Positions 19,575 through 27,940 of a stretch of DNA of 40,000 nt are shown one piece after another. Within the stretch, counting starts at the first letter, position 1. Every line of letters begins with the position of its first letter. The stretch is from positions 234,875-274,874 of the forward strand of contig NZ_JANHAV010000003.1 in NCBI RefSeq assembly GCF_024464655.1, in the 5' to 3' direction. Origin of the DNA: Halobellus inordinatus (GTDB lineage Archaea; Halobacteriota; Halobacteria; Halobacteriales; Haloferacaceae). Both the position numbers and the translations under genes were made by a program. The notes beneath the pieces were generated by a model. It was not told where the DNA came from, did not search any database, and saw nothing but the letters and a program-made list of their open reading frames with translations.

Positions 19575-19705
19575 AAAGGTAGCAGCCGTCCGGGAACAGC
19601 CCGGACGGCCGCTGCCGCCCTGAATTGGTCCCCGCTGACGCTTCGGCCCTCCAGACGAAGCGTCACTTGGCGGGAAGAGTGGGAACCACTTAAACGTGCC
19701 GCACC
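19575..19705 (-). ncRNA. Candidate structured small RNA or rps8e upstream leader (two long bulged hairpins plus a U-tract)
   Basis: Hairpin 19631-19674: 5-bp lower stem, 10-bp upper stem, 10-nt loop, 4-nt bulge. Hairpin 19582-19615: 10-bp upper stem, 3-bp lower stem, 5-nt loop, 3-nt bulge. The second is followed on the minus strand by TTTT (19574-19577). The palindromic TATA CATATATAG (19730-19738) is suitably placed upstream. No known RNA family motif was recognised. Confidence 0.3.
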
Positions 19706-19784
19706 CGGAAACCGTTTCGCCCTCGTTGACATATATAGAGCCCGGCGCGAGACGTTTTTGTCGCTACGAGTCCTTTGGGAGACA

Positions 19785-20297
19785 ATGAGTGAGAGCGACG
19801 CCGTCGCGCGCGCCCGGCGCGCCGCGGAACAGCACGATTCCTTCGAACGACTCGACGACGGACGCTACGCAGTAACGACGACCGCCTTCGACGGCGAGGT
19901 CGTGATCGACAGCGACGGCGGCGCAGCCGTGTTCGCCGTCACCGTTCGCGTGCCGATGCTCGATGCCGTCACCGAAGACCACGTCGCTCCGGTCGTCGAA
20001 GACGGCTGGTTCGACACGCTCGCGCTTCGGCTCGAAGACGTCGACGGGGCGTTCCGCGGCACCGACGACCCCGACGTCACGGTCGAACGAGACGGCGAAC
20101 GCGCGGTCCTGAACGTCGAACTCACCGACCTCGACGCCAACCGCGCTGCGGCCGACGCGGTCGCCGCCGTCGAGTACGTCGAAGGGACCTACGTCGAGGG
20201 GATCATCCCCGGCTACGACTACACGGAGCCAGTGACGCATCTCATCCAACGGGCGGCAAGCACGGGCGGCGGGACGAAGGGCGGGACGCCGCTGTAG
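19785..20297 (+). CDS. Acidic hypothetical protein (170 aa)
   Basis: ORF 19500..20297. The upstream 95 codons are Arg-rich and span the hairpin region. ATG 19785 (MSESDAVARARRAAEQHDSFERLDDGRYAVTTTAFDGEVVI…EDGWFDTLALRLEDVDG…) lies ~46 nt after the TATA box. No family confidently recognised. Confidence 0.6.
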   Translation: MSESDAVARARRAAEQHDSFERLDDGRYAVTTTAFDGEVVIDSDGGAAVFAVTVRVPMLDAVTEDHVAPVVEDGWFDTLALRLEDVDGAFRGTDDPDVTVERDGERAVLNVELTDLDANRAAADAVAAVEYVEGTYVEGIIPGYDYTEPVTHLIQRAASTGGGTKGGTPL

Positions 20298-20321
20298 GGC
20301 CGAGACGACGGTTCGCAGCGG

Positions 20322-20552
20322 TCAGTCCATCGCGATGTACGTCTGGGTGTGTTCGATACCGGCCATCTCGTGGATCGACGTCGCGATGTCTTTGACGTCG
20401 CCGGGGCTCTCTACGCGGACTTTCACGATGTAGTCGATGTCGCCGGCGACGACGCTGACGCTCTCGACTGCGTCGTCGACCGACGACATCGCCGATTTCA
20501 GCCGATCGACGTCGCCCGTCGAGGCTTTGACCATCACGTAGGCGGTGACCAT
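20322..20552 (-). CDS. Stand-alone Lrp/AsnC ligand-binding (RAM) domain protein
   Basis: 76 aa: MVTAYVMVKASTGDVDRLKSAMSSVDDAVESVSVVAGDIDYIVKVRVESPGDVKDIATSIHEMAGIEHTQTYIAMD. It has the beta-alpha-beta-beta-alpha-beta RAM pattern and no HTH. Its ATG overlaps the TGA of the upstream trkA-like gene (ATGA at 20552). Confidence 0.8.
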   Translation of the reverse strand: MVTAYVMVKASTGDVDRLKSAMSSVDDAVESVSVVAGDIDYIVKVRVESPGDVKDIATSIHEMAGIEHTQTYIAMD

Positions 20553-21235
20553 CAGACCGCACCCCCCTCGGGCGCGAGTTTCTCTCCGACGATGAGCTGT
20601 CTGGCCTCTTCGAGCACGTCGAAGTCGGCGAGGACGGCGAGCCGATCACCGACTTCCAGCGAGTCGTCAGACAGCGGGAGCCCCATCGGCTTGTCGGCCT
20701 TGCCGAACGCCAGGATCCGGGCGTTCGCCGGGAGTGCGACTTCCTCGATCGTGTACCCACGCATCGGCGACTCCTCGGTGACGGTCATCAGGACCACCTG
20801 GAGGTTCTGCGCGATATCTGCGATCGCGCGCACCGAGCCACCGAGCAGTGCGTTCTTCGCGCCCAGCGCGCCGAGGCGTTCGGGGTAGACCACCTCGTCG
20901 ACCTCGTCGGCGTACTTGTGGTAGACCTCCTCGCGGTAGTCCTCGTCGACGCGGAGCACCGTCCACGTGTGGTGGTACTTCGCGATCGAGCACGCCGCGA
21001 AGTTCACGTTGAGGTCGGCCGTGAGCGCCCCGAGGCCGTCGGCGTCTTCGATGCCGGCCTCGACGAGGACTTCCTCGCGGGAGCCGTCGCCTTCGACGAC
21101 CTCGAAGCCGTCTTCGCGGGCGCGCTCGACCCGATCGCGGTTCTGTTCGACGAGCGTGATCTGGTGCCCTTCGTCTCTGAGAACCCGGGCGGTCCGGAGT
21201 CCCACGCGACCTGCACCAATGATAACGAACCGCAT
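20552..21235 (-). CDS. trkA: TrkA-like K+ transport regulatory protein (TrkA-N Rossmann plus TrkA-C domain)
   Basis: ORF 20552..21358. The ATG at complement of 21233-21235 gives MRFVIIGAGRVGLRTARVLRDEGHQITLVEQN (GxGxxG NAD site). The C-terminal TrkA-C-like segment is …MRGYTIEEVALPANARILAFGKADKPMGLPLSDDSLEVGDRLAVLADF…. Confidence 0.85.
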   Translation of the reverse strand: MRFVIIGAGRVGLRTARVLRDEGHQITLVEQNRDRVERAREDGFEVVEGDGSREEVLVEAGIEDADGLGALTADLNVNFAACSIAKYHHTWTVLRVDEDYREEVYHKYADEVDEVVYPERLGALGAKNALLGGSVRAIADIAQNLQVVLMTVTEESPMRGYTIEEVALPANARILAFGKADKPMGLPLSDDSLEVGDRLAVLADFDVLEEARQLIVGEKLAPEGGAV

Positions 21236-21391
21236 ACGAATGAGGTACGCCGGCGGGCGTGAATAATGTTTCTCCGGAACGTCCCTGTACGATTCGTCGG
21301 TCCGGTCTCGTTCCGACCCGTCCCATCGAGTCAGCGTGGTACGCCACTCGCGGCACAAATGCTATGAAATGGTATCACGTACCGTGGTAGT

Positions 21392-21625
21392 ATGGTTCAC
21401 GCGTTCATTATGGTGAAGACCGACGCCGGGGAGTCAGAGCGACTCATCGACTCTATCCGGGAACTGGCGAACGTGACCGAGGCGCACATCGTCGCGGGCG
21501 CGTACGACATCATCGCCGAGGTGGACGCCCCCGAGGTGTACAAAGTCCTGAGCACGTCCTCGACCGAAATCCAGGGGTTCGAGGGCGTCACCGACACCAA
21601 GACGTACATCTCGATGGACGAGTAG
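21392..21625 (+). CDS. Stand-alone Lrp/AsnC ligand-binding (RAM) domain protein, second copy
   Basis: 77 aa: MVHAFIMVKTDAGESERLIDSIRELANVTEAHIVAGAYDIIAEVDAPEVYKVLSTSSTEIQGFEGVTDTKTYISMDE. It is a paralogue of 20322-20552 and is divergent from the trkA-like gene. Confidence 0.8.
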   Translation: MVHAFIMVKTDAGESERLIDSIRELANVTEAHIVAGAYDIIAEVDAPEVYKVLSTSSTEIQGFEGVTDTKTYISMDE

Positions 21626-21778
21626 CCGCCGCAGGCGGGGAAGACTGCTGCGGACGGGAAAACCGCCGCAAACGACGGAACCGCGCGAACGACGCGTCGG
21701 TAGCGACGCGCAGTCGCTCGGGCGGGGCGAACGCCGCGGAGCCGAACGCGTAAAGTCCTCGGCGCCCCTACTCCCGGT

Positions 21779-22099
21779 ATGGTCTCGGTCGTCGGACTCG
21801 TGCTGTTCGGGGCGGTGCTCGTGGTGCACACGCTGCTGGCAGCCGTGCTGACCCGTTTCTTCCGCCTCCGATTGAACACCCAGTGGGGATACGTCGTCTA
21901 CTCGTTCGCGCTCATCCCGATCGCGCTGCTCGTGACGACGCTCGTCTTCTTCGGGATCCTCCCGATCGGCGCCGGTCTGAACCTCGGTGCGACGGCGCTT
22001 CTCGGTGCGGCCATCGCGCTCCCGCTCGCACTCGGATTCACCATCGACACGCTCTATATTCCGGCACCGGAGGAGTACGACCTCCCGGACCGACAGTGA
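21779..22099 (+). CDS. Small integral membrane protein (3 predicted helices)
   Basis: 106-aa hydrophobic ORF (MVSVVGLVLFGAVLVVHTLLAAVLTRFF…) with an acidic tail (PAPEEYDLPDRQ). No family recognised. Confidence 0.55.
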   Translation: MVSVVGLVLFGAVLVVHTLLAAVLTRFFRLRLNTQWGYVVYSFALIPIALLVTTLVFFGILPIGAGLNLGATALLGAAIALPLALGFTIDTLYIPAPEEYDLPDRQ

Positions 22100-22140
22100 G
22101 CCGGTAACGAACCTCCCCCGCGCTGCTTGGCCTCGGACAG

Positions 22141-22740
22141 CTATCGGTCTGCGACCAGCCGCTCGACGTGTCCTTCGACGGCGTCGATCACGTCCGGGAG
22201 CGACTGGGTCGCGTCGACGCGGACGAACCGCTCGGGGTCGCTTTCGATGAGTCGCTCGTAGTTCTCACTGACTCGTTCGAGGTACTCCGCGTGTTCGAAC
22301 TTGTTCGTCGCGCCCGCCCGCTCGGCGGCCGTCTCGGGGTCGACGTCGAGATAGATCGTCGCGTCCGGCGGATGGGTGAAGACGTCGTGGATCTCCCGGA
22401 TGTACGTCAGCGGGTCCCGACCGCCGGCGAGATACGATTCCGCGAGCGACGCCGCTTGATATGCGAACCGCGAGTCGGTGTAGCGGTCGGAGACGACGAG
22501 CGTCCCGTCTGTGAGCGCCGGTCGCACGACGCGAGAGAGATGGTCCGCGTGATCGGCAGTAAACAGGAACAGCTCGGCCAGCGGGTCGGCGTCGTCGTCG
22601 TGCATCGAGCGGGTGACGGCGTCGCCGTACCAGGAATCGGTCGGTTCACGGGTGAACACCGCGTCGGGGTAGTCGTCTCTGAGGGCCTGCCAGGCGGTGG
22701 TCTTCCCGCTCCCGTCCAGTCCCTCCAGCGTGAGGAGCAT
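22141..22740 (-). CDS. tmk: Thymidylate (dTMP) kinase
   Basis: [15 protein letters not shown] (P-loop), REPT…, [12 protein letters not shown] and [11 protein letters not shown] are typical Tmk motifs. Confidence 0.88.
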   Translation of the reverse strand: MLLTLEGLDGSGKTTAWQALRDDYPDAVFTREPTDSWYGDAVTRSMHDDDADPLAELFLFTADHADHLSRVVRPALTDGTLVVSDRYTDSRFAYQAASLAESYLAGGRDPLTYIREIHDVFTHPPDATIYLDVDPETAAERAGATNKFEHAEYLERVSENYERLIESDPERFVRVDATQSLPDVIDAVEGHVERLVADR

Positions 22741-22862
22741 AGTTCGAGATGGCGGATCGGGGAGTAAAATCCCACCGAGTCGCTGCGACGCGCCGTCGAG
22801 GCACCCGTGCGTCGACGGAAACGGCAGTTAGCTTTACGTCGACACGGAGAGATATCACGGGT

Positions 22863-23789
22863 ATGAAAGTACTCGTCGTCGGCGGGAGCGGATTCATCGG
22901 AAGCACCCTCTGCCGGGAGCTGAAGGGCCGGGGGCACGACGTAACCGCACTCTCGCGAAGCCCCAGCGGCCAGGACCTTCCGAAGGGCGTCAACAAAGTG
23001 ATGGGAAACGTCACCGACTACGGTTCCATCAAGGGCGCCTTCGAGGGGAAAGACGCAGTCTACAACCTCGTCGCGCTCTCGCCGCTGTTCAAACCGAGCG
23101 GCGGCGACAAGATGCACGATCGGATCCACAGACAGGGCACCGAACACGTCGTCCGCGCGGCCGAGAAACACGACGTCCGGCTCGTTCAGATGAGTGCGCT
23201 CGGTGCCGATCCCAAGGGTCCGACAGCGTACATCCGGTCGAAGGGCGAGGCCGAGGAGATCGTCACCGAGTCCGTCCTCGACTACACGATCTTCCGTCCC
23301 TCGGTCGTCTTCGGCGAGGGTGGCGAATTCATCTCGTTCACGAAACTGCTCGCGCCGCCGTACCTCAGCGCGCTTCCGGGCGGCGGCAAGACCCGGTTCC
23401 AGCCCATCTGGGTGGGCGACCTCGTGCCGATGCTGGCCGACGCCATCGAGTCCGACGAGCACGTCGGAAAGATCTACGAGATCGGCGGCCCGGACAAACT
23501 CACGCTGGCGGAGATCGCGCGGATGATCCACAAGTCCGACGGCCGGTCGACGACGGTCGTGCCGGTCCCGATGGGACTCGCGAAGGTGGGGCTCACGATC
23601 GGCGGCGCCATTCCCGGCTTCCCGATGGGCAAAGACCAGTTCCGCTCGCTGCAGTTCGACAACGTCACCGACGACAACGACGTCGACGCCTTCGGCGTCG
23701 GGACCGGCGAACTCACCACGTTGGAGGCGTACCTGAACGGGCGCGCGGGCGACGCTGGGACCGCTGCCACTGCGGCGAGTTCCGGGTGA
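22863..23789 (+). CDS. NAD-dependent epimerase/dehydratase family protein (complex I NDUFA9-like SDR)
   Basis: ORF 22749..23789. ATG 22863 gives MKVLVVGGSGFIGSTLCRELKGRGHDVTALSR (extended-SDR Rossmann fold), then …YIRSKGEAE… (YxxxK), and TIFRPSVVFG. Confidence 0.85.
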   Translation: MKVLVVGGSGFIGSTLCRELKGRGHDVTALSRSPSGQDLPKGVNKVMGNVTDYGSIKGAFEGKDAVYNLVALSPLFKPSGGDKMHDRIHRQGTEHVVRAAEKHDVRLVQMSALGADPKGPTAYIRSKGEAEEIVTESVLDYTIFRPSVVFGEGGEFISFTKLLAPPYLSALPGGGKTRFQPIWVGDLVPMLADAIESDEHVGKIYEIGGPDKLTLAEIARMIHKSDGRSTTVVPVPMGLAKVGLTIGGAIPGFPMGKDQFRSLQFDNVTDDNDVDAFGVGTGELTTLEAYLNGRAGDAGTAATAASSG

Positions 23790-24008
23790 GACCGACGCGT
23801 TGTCGCCGCTTTTGACTCACTGCGCCGAATTTAAATCCTGAGAAATAGGTCCTGACCTGACGGGTACAGCGGTCTAATGACTCATTAACGCCCACTCGCA
23901 GTACTGCGGTTTCGGTGGTACGCCTCTCGTTCTGCCCGTTTCACACCATCACAAGGTTTATGTCCGCGTTTGCACTGGGATACACCCAATGGCGAGGGGA
24001 CCCGATAA

Positions 24009-25190
24009 ATGAAGCTCGCAATGATCGGTTTCGGGCAGGCCGGGGGAAAGATCGTCGACAAATTCGTCGAGTACGATAAGCGCCACAACTCGAATATCGT
24101 CCGCGCGGCAGTCGCGGTCAACACGGCGAAGGCCGACCTGATGGGATTAGAACACATCCCGAAGGACCAGCGGGTCCTCATCGGTCAATCGCGCGTGAAA
24201 GGCCACGGCGTCGGCGCCGACAACGAACTCGGCGCGGAAGTCGCCGAGGAAGACATCGACGAAGTCCAAGGGGCGATCGACAGCATCCCGGTCCACGAGG
24301 TCGACGCGTTCTTGGTCGTCGCCGGTCTCGGCGGCGGTACCGGCAGCGGCGGCTCGCCCGTTCTCGCGAAACATCTCCAGCGAATCTACACCGAACCCGT
24401 CTACGGATTGGGGATCCTACCCGGAAGCGACGAAGGCGGGATCTACACGCTGAACGCCGCGCGGTCGTTCCAGACGTTCGTGCGGGAAGTCGACAATCTG
24501 CTCGTCTTCGACAACGACGCCTGGCGGAAGACCGGCGAGTCCGTCCAGGGCGGCTACGACGAGATCAACGAGGAGATCGTCACCCGCTTCGGCGTCCTCT
24601 TCGGGGCCGGCGAGGTCGGCCAGGGCAGCGAAGTCGCCGAGAGCGTCGTCGACTCCTCGGAGATCATCAACACGCTGGCCGGCGGCGGCGTCTCGACGGT
24701 CGGCTACGCCTCCGAGACGGTCGAAAACGAGTCTTCGAGCAGCGGGCTGCTCTCCCGGATCACCGGCGGCAACGAGGAGACGGAACTCGACACCGCACAC
24801 ACGACGAATCGAATCACCTCGCTCGTTCGAAAGGCCGCGCTCGGCCGTCTGACGCTCCCCTGTGAGATCGAAGGCAGCGAACGCGCGCTGCTCGTGATGG
24901 CCGGTCCCCCGCGGCACCTCAATCGGAAGGGAATAGAGCGCGGTCGCAAGTGGATCGAAGAGCAGACCGGTAGTATGGAAGTCCGCGGCGGCGACTACCC
25001 CATCAAGGACTCCGGAAAGGTCGCGTCCGTCATCCTCCTCTCGGGCGTGACGAACGTGCCCCGCATCAAGGAGCTCCAGCAGGTCGCCATCGAGGCACAG
25101 GACAACATCGACGACATCCGAGAGGAGAGCGAAGACAATCTGGAGAATCTCATAAACGATGACGAAGACGAGCTGGAGTCGCTTTTCTAA
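24009..25190 (+). CDS. cetZ: CetZ-type tubulin/FtsZ-superfamily protein (paralogue a)
   Basis: MKLAMIGFGQAGGKIVDKF, tubulin signature AGLGGGTGSGGSPV, and the CetZ-typical segment LPGSDEGGIYTLNAARSFQTFVREVDNLLVFDND. Acidic C-terminal tail ending …DELESLF. Confidence 0.9.
   Translation: MKLAMIGFGQAGGKIVDKFVEYDKRHNSNIVRAAVAVNTAKADLMGLEHIPKDQRVLIGQSRVKGHGVGADNELGAEVAEEDIDEVQGAIDSIPVHEVDAFLVVAGLGGGTGSGGSPVLAKHLQRIYTEPVYGLGILPGSDEGGIYTLNAARSFQTFVREVDNLLVFDNDAWRKTGESVQGGYDEINEEIVTRFGVLFGAGEVGQGSEVAESVVDSSEIINTLAGGGVSTVGYASETVENESSSSGLLSRITGGNEETELDTAHTTNRITSLVRKAALGRLTLPCEIEGSERALLVMAGPPRHLNRKGIERGRKWIEEQTGSMEVRGGDYPIKDSGKVASVILLSGVTNVPRIKELQQVAIEAQDNIDDIREESEDNLENLINDDEDELESLF
24426..24518. repeat. 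93-nt tract identical to the reverse complement of 29196-29288 (inside cetZ-a)
   Basis: Base-by-base comparison by hand: AGCGACGAAGGCGGGATCTACACGCTGAACGCCGCGCGGTCGTTCCAGACGTTCGTGCGGGAAGTCGACAATCTGCTCGTCTTCGACAACGAC matches at 93/93 positions. It covers codons 140-170 of both genes. Confidence 0.9.
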
Positions 25191-25944
25191 GCTCGCGTTA
25201 GCCTGTCTCTTCGTCCTCTCGGTCGCCACGGTCCCCGGAGCAGCCGTCTCCGTCGGCGACTCGGACGTCACCAGCGACGCTGAGGTCGGGACACAGGTCA
25301 CTGCGACAGCTACGCTGACAGAACTGTATCAGAACCCCTCGCTCGAATCGTGGACGCTCGCCGGGCAGACGGACCTGACCGACGTGACGTGGACGGTCTA
25401 CTACTACGACCAGACCGGCGCGAAAGTCGATCAAGAGTCCTTCGACGGGCAGTCCTTCTCGGGCGCCGAGGTCGCGACGTCCGACGGGACGAACGAAGTC
25501 GAAGTCGAAGTGACCGGTACGGTCCCCGAAGTCGCGTCGTACTCCTACGAGCCCGCACAGACGTTCACCGTGATCGGACTCGAACAGACGCGTCAGGGCG
25601 GTTCCACGAACGAGATCGACAGCTGGAACGCGACGTACTACACCGGTGAGAGTCGCGAGGCGCGGAACGCGATCGACGAGGCGTCCGCGGACGTCGAGCA
25701 GGTGAACTCCCAGGAGGCCGAACGGTCGCTCGGAAACGCGATCGACGCCTACAACGGCGAGGAGTTCTCGCTCGCGAGCGATCTCGCCGAGCAGGCCCAA
25801 GAGCAGGCCCAACAGACCCAGCAGTCCAATCAACTGATGCAGTACGCGCTGTACGGCGTCGGTGGACTCGTCGTGATCGGCCTCCTCGTCGGCGGCTTCC
25901 TGTACTGGCGCTCCCAGCAGCAGGGTCACGACAAACTCGGCTGA
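25159..25944 (+). CDS. Secreted, C-terminally membrane-anchored protein of unknown function
   Basis: 261 aa. It has a Sec-type signal peptide (MTKTSWSRFSKLALACLFVLSVATVPGAAVSVGD), an acidic Thr/Ser-rich ectodomain, a Q-rich helix (AEQAQEQAQQTQQSNQ), a C-terminal TM segment (YALYGVGGLVVIGLLVGGFLYW) and a short basic tail. Its ATG lies 32 nt inside the 3' end of cetZ-a. Confidence 0.65.
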   Translation: MTKTSWSRFSKLALACLFVLSVATVPGAAVSVGDSDVTSDAEVGTQVTATATLTELYQNPSLESWTLAGQTDLTDVTWTVYYYDQTGAKVDQESFDGQSFSGAEVATSDGTNEVEVEVTGTVPEVASYSYEPAQTFTVIGLEQTRQGGSTNEIDSWNATYYTGESREARNAIDEASADVEQVNSQEAERSLGNAIDAYNGEEFSLASDLAEQAQEQAQQTQQSNQLMQYALYGVGGLVVIGLLVGGFLYWRSQQQGHDKLG

Positions 25945-25961
25945 GTCTCTCCTCTTCTGCG

Positions 25962-26672
25962 ATGCACGTCCTCGTTCCGTACACGAATCAGAACCCGAAG
26001 AGTCGCCTCGCGCCCCCGCTCTCGCGGTCCGAGCGCCACGAGTTCTCGCTCGCGATGCTCCACGACGTCGTCGACGCCGTCCGGGAGACGGGCCACGAGC
26101 CCGAGTTGCTCCTCTCGGCGCCCCTCGATGAGGGTACCGCGGGCGATGGTGCCGACGAGTCGTCGACGGTCGACGATACGGGGAGTCGGCCCGAAACCGA
26201 ATTCGACGCAGGCCCCGTAGATTCTCTTTCAGCGACCATCGACGACAGACCACTCACGGCAGCGGTGAACGGAGCGCTCGATCGGATCGGCGGGGAGACG
26301 AGCGCGGTGGCGATCGTGATGGCCGATCTCGCACTCGCGACGCCGGCGGCGCTCCGTCGACTGTTCGCCGTCGGTGGCGACGTCGCGATCGCGCCGGGCC
26401 GCGGCGGCGGGACGAACGCACTCGTCGTTCGCGACCCCGCGTTCTCGGTCGACTACCACGGCGCGTCCTATCGGGACCACCGCCGCATCGCCGAGGAGGC
26501 AGGGCTCGCGGTCGACACCGTCGACTCGATGCGGCTGGCGACCGACGTCGACGAGCCGGCAGACCTCGCCGAAGTACTGTTGCACGGCCGCGGACGCGCT
26601 CGCGAGTGGCTGCAAGACGCTGGCTTCGGGATCGACACCAGCGACGGACGAGTCGGCGTCGACCGATCGTGA
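25962..26672 (+). CDS. cofC: 2-phospho-L-lactate guanylyltransferase (F420 biosynthesis, CofC)
   Basis: MHVLVPYTNQNPKSRLAP…, …IVMADLALATP…, …IAPGRGGGTNALVV… fit CofC. It contains an acidic insertion (DEGTAGDGADESSTVDDTGSRPETEFD). Confidence 0.8.
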   Translation: MHVLVPYTNQNPKSRLAPPLSRSERHEFSLAMLHDVVDAVRETGHEPELLLSAPLDEGTAGDGADESSTVDDTGSRPETEFDAGPVDSLSATIDDRPLTAAVNGALDRIGGETSAVAIVMADLALATPAALRRLFAVGGDVAIAPGRGGGTNALVVRDPAFSVDYHGASYRDHRRIAEEAGLAVDTVDSMRLATDVDEPADLAEVLLHGRGRAREWLQDAGFGIDTSDGRVGVDRS

Positions 26673-26736
26673 TCCGCCTCGGCGGCGTGCCGGAGTGCGA
26701 CTGTTTTTGTACGTCCGACCGCGAAACGTGACCACG

Positions 26737-27915
26737 ATGTTCCCCGCGGCCGAGGAGTACGGCGTCGACGTTACGATCGAGGAGTCGGCGGTCGACCGAC
26801 TGCTGTCGGTGACGCCGGCGGACGTCGCGGCCGCGCCGGAGCTCACCTTCTCGCGGAACGTCTTCCTGCCGTTGACGACCGCCTGTCGCTACACCTGCAC
26901 GTACTGCACCTACTACGACGTTCCGGGCGAAGCGACGCTCCTCTCGCCGGACGAAGTCCGCGATCGACTGCGCGTCGGCGCCGACGCCGGCTGTACGGAG
27001 GCGCTTTTCACCTTCGGCGACGAACCGGACGAACGCTACACAGCGATCCACGACCAACTCGCCGAGTGGGGCTACGACGACATTCTCGGCTACCTCCGTG
27101 ACTGCTGTGAGATGGCACTCGAAGAGGGCCTCCTGCCGCACTCGAATCCGGGCGATCTGACCGAAGCCGACTTCGAGCGCCTCGCGCCGGTCAACGCGAG
27201 TATGGGAGTGATGTTAGAGACGACCGCGGACGTGCGCGCACACACGGGCACGCGACGGAAGACGCCGGGGCAGCGGCTGAACACGATCCGCGCAGCGGGG
27301 GAGGTCGGTGTCCCCTTCACGACCGGTCTTCTCGTCGGCATCGGCGAGTCGTGGCGTGACCGCGCCGAGAGCCTCCTCGCGATCCGAGAGCTCCACGAGC
27401 GCTACGATCACGTCCAGGAGGTGATCGTCCAGAACGTCGTCCCGAACGAGCGCTCGGATTTCGAGCAGCCGTCCGTCGACACGATGCGGCGGGCTGTCGC
27501 GATGGCGCGCGCCGCGCTCCCCGCGGAGGTGTCGGTCCAGGTGCCGCCGAACCTCTCGCCGACGCGCGACCTCGTCGACTGCGGCGTCGACGACCTCGGA
27601 GGGGTCTCACCCGTCACGGAAGACTACATCAATCCCGACTACGCCTGGCCCGCGCTCCGGGAACTAGAGGAGATTGCGGCGGAAGCCGGCGTCCCGCTGT
27701 ACGAACGCCTGCCAGTGTACGACCGCTACCTCCCTGAGTCGCTCCGCAGAGACGACTTCGACGGCCGGCCGGCAGCGGGCCAGTGGCTCTCGGAGCCGAT
27801 CGCCTCGGCGATCACCGCGGGCGACGTCCACGGCGAGCGCTACCGGAGCGTCGCACGGCGAAATGGTCCGCTGTCGGTGGACTCTCCGCTGCCGTCGGGC
27901 GGATCGGCCGACTGA
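26737..27915 (+). CDS. cofG: 7,8-didemethyl-8-hydroxy-5-deazariboflavin (FO) synthase subunit CofG
   Basis: ORF 26374..27915. ATG 26737 is preferred (MFPAAEEYGVD…) because the upstream part is Arg-rich shadow. It has a radical-SAM cluster motif LTTACRYTCTYCTY, and ...TTGLLVGIGES…. Confidence 0.88.
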   Translation: MFPAAEEYGVDVTIEESAVDRLLSVTPADVAAAPELTFSRNVFLPLTTACRYTCTYCTYYDVPGEATLLSPDEVRDRLRVGADAGCTEALFTFGDEPDERYTAIHDQLAEWGYDDILGYLRDCCEMALEEGLLPHSNPGDLTEADFERLAPVNASMGVMLETTADVRAHTGTRRKTPGQRLNTIRAAGEVGVPFTTGLLVGIGESWRDRAESLLAIRELHERYDHVQEVIVQNVVPNERSDFEQPSVDTMRRAVAMARAALPAEVSVQVPPNLSPTRDLVDCGVDDLGGVSPVTEDYINPDYAWPALRELEEIAAEAGVPLYERLPVYDRYLPESLRRDDFDGRPAAGQWLSEPIASAITAGDVHGERYRSVARRNGPLSVDSPLPSGGSAD

Positions 27916-27940
27916 ACGCCCGCGACGGAGTGCGGAGACT

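Noticed and set aside
19458-19784. Possibility that the hairpin-rich gap encodes SRP (7S) RNA, RNase P RNA or a C/D-box sRNA.
   Set aside because: I could not find the conserved SRP helix-8 motif (…GGAAG…AGCA-type loops with 5'/3' pairing). I could not find the RNase P CR-I/CR-V motifs (GAGGAAAGUCC, ACAGAA). I could not find properly spaced C (RUGAUGA) and D (CUGA) boxes. It is kept only as an unclassified candidate.
24417-25301. Long antisense ORFs inside both cetZ genes, 24417-25301(-) and 28476-29576(+). They share an identical ~34-aa peptide (VVVEDEQIVDFPHERLERPRGVQRVDPAFVA).
   Set aside because: The shared peptide is simply the antisense translation of the 93-nt identical tract. The composition is shadow-like and the sense frames are unambiguous CetZ.
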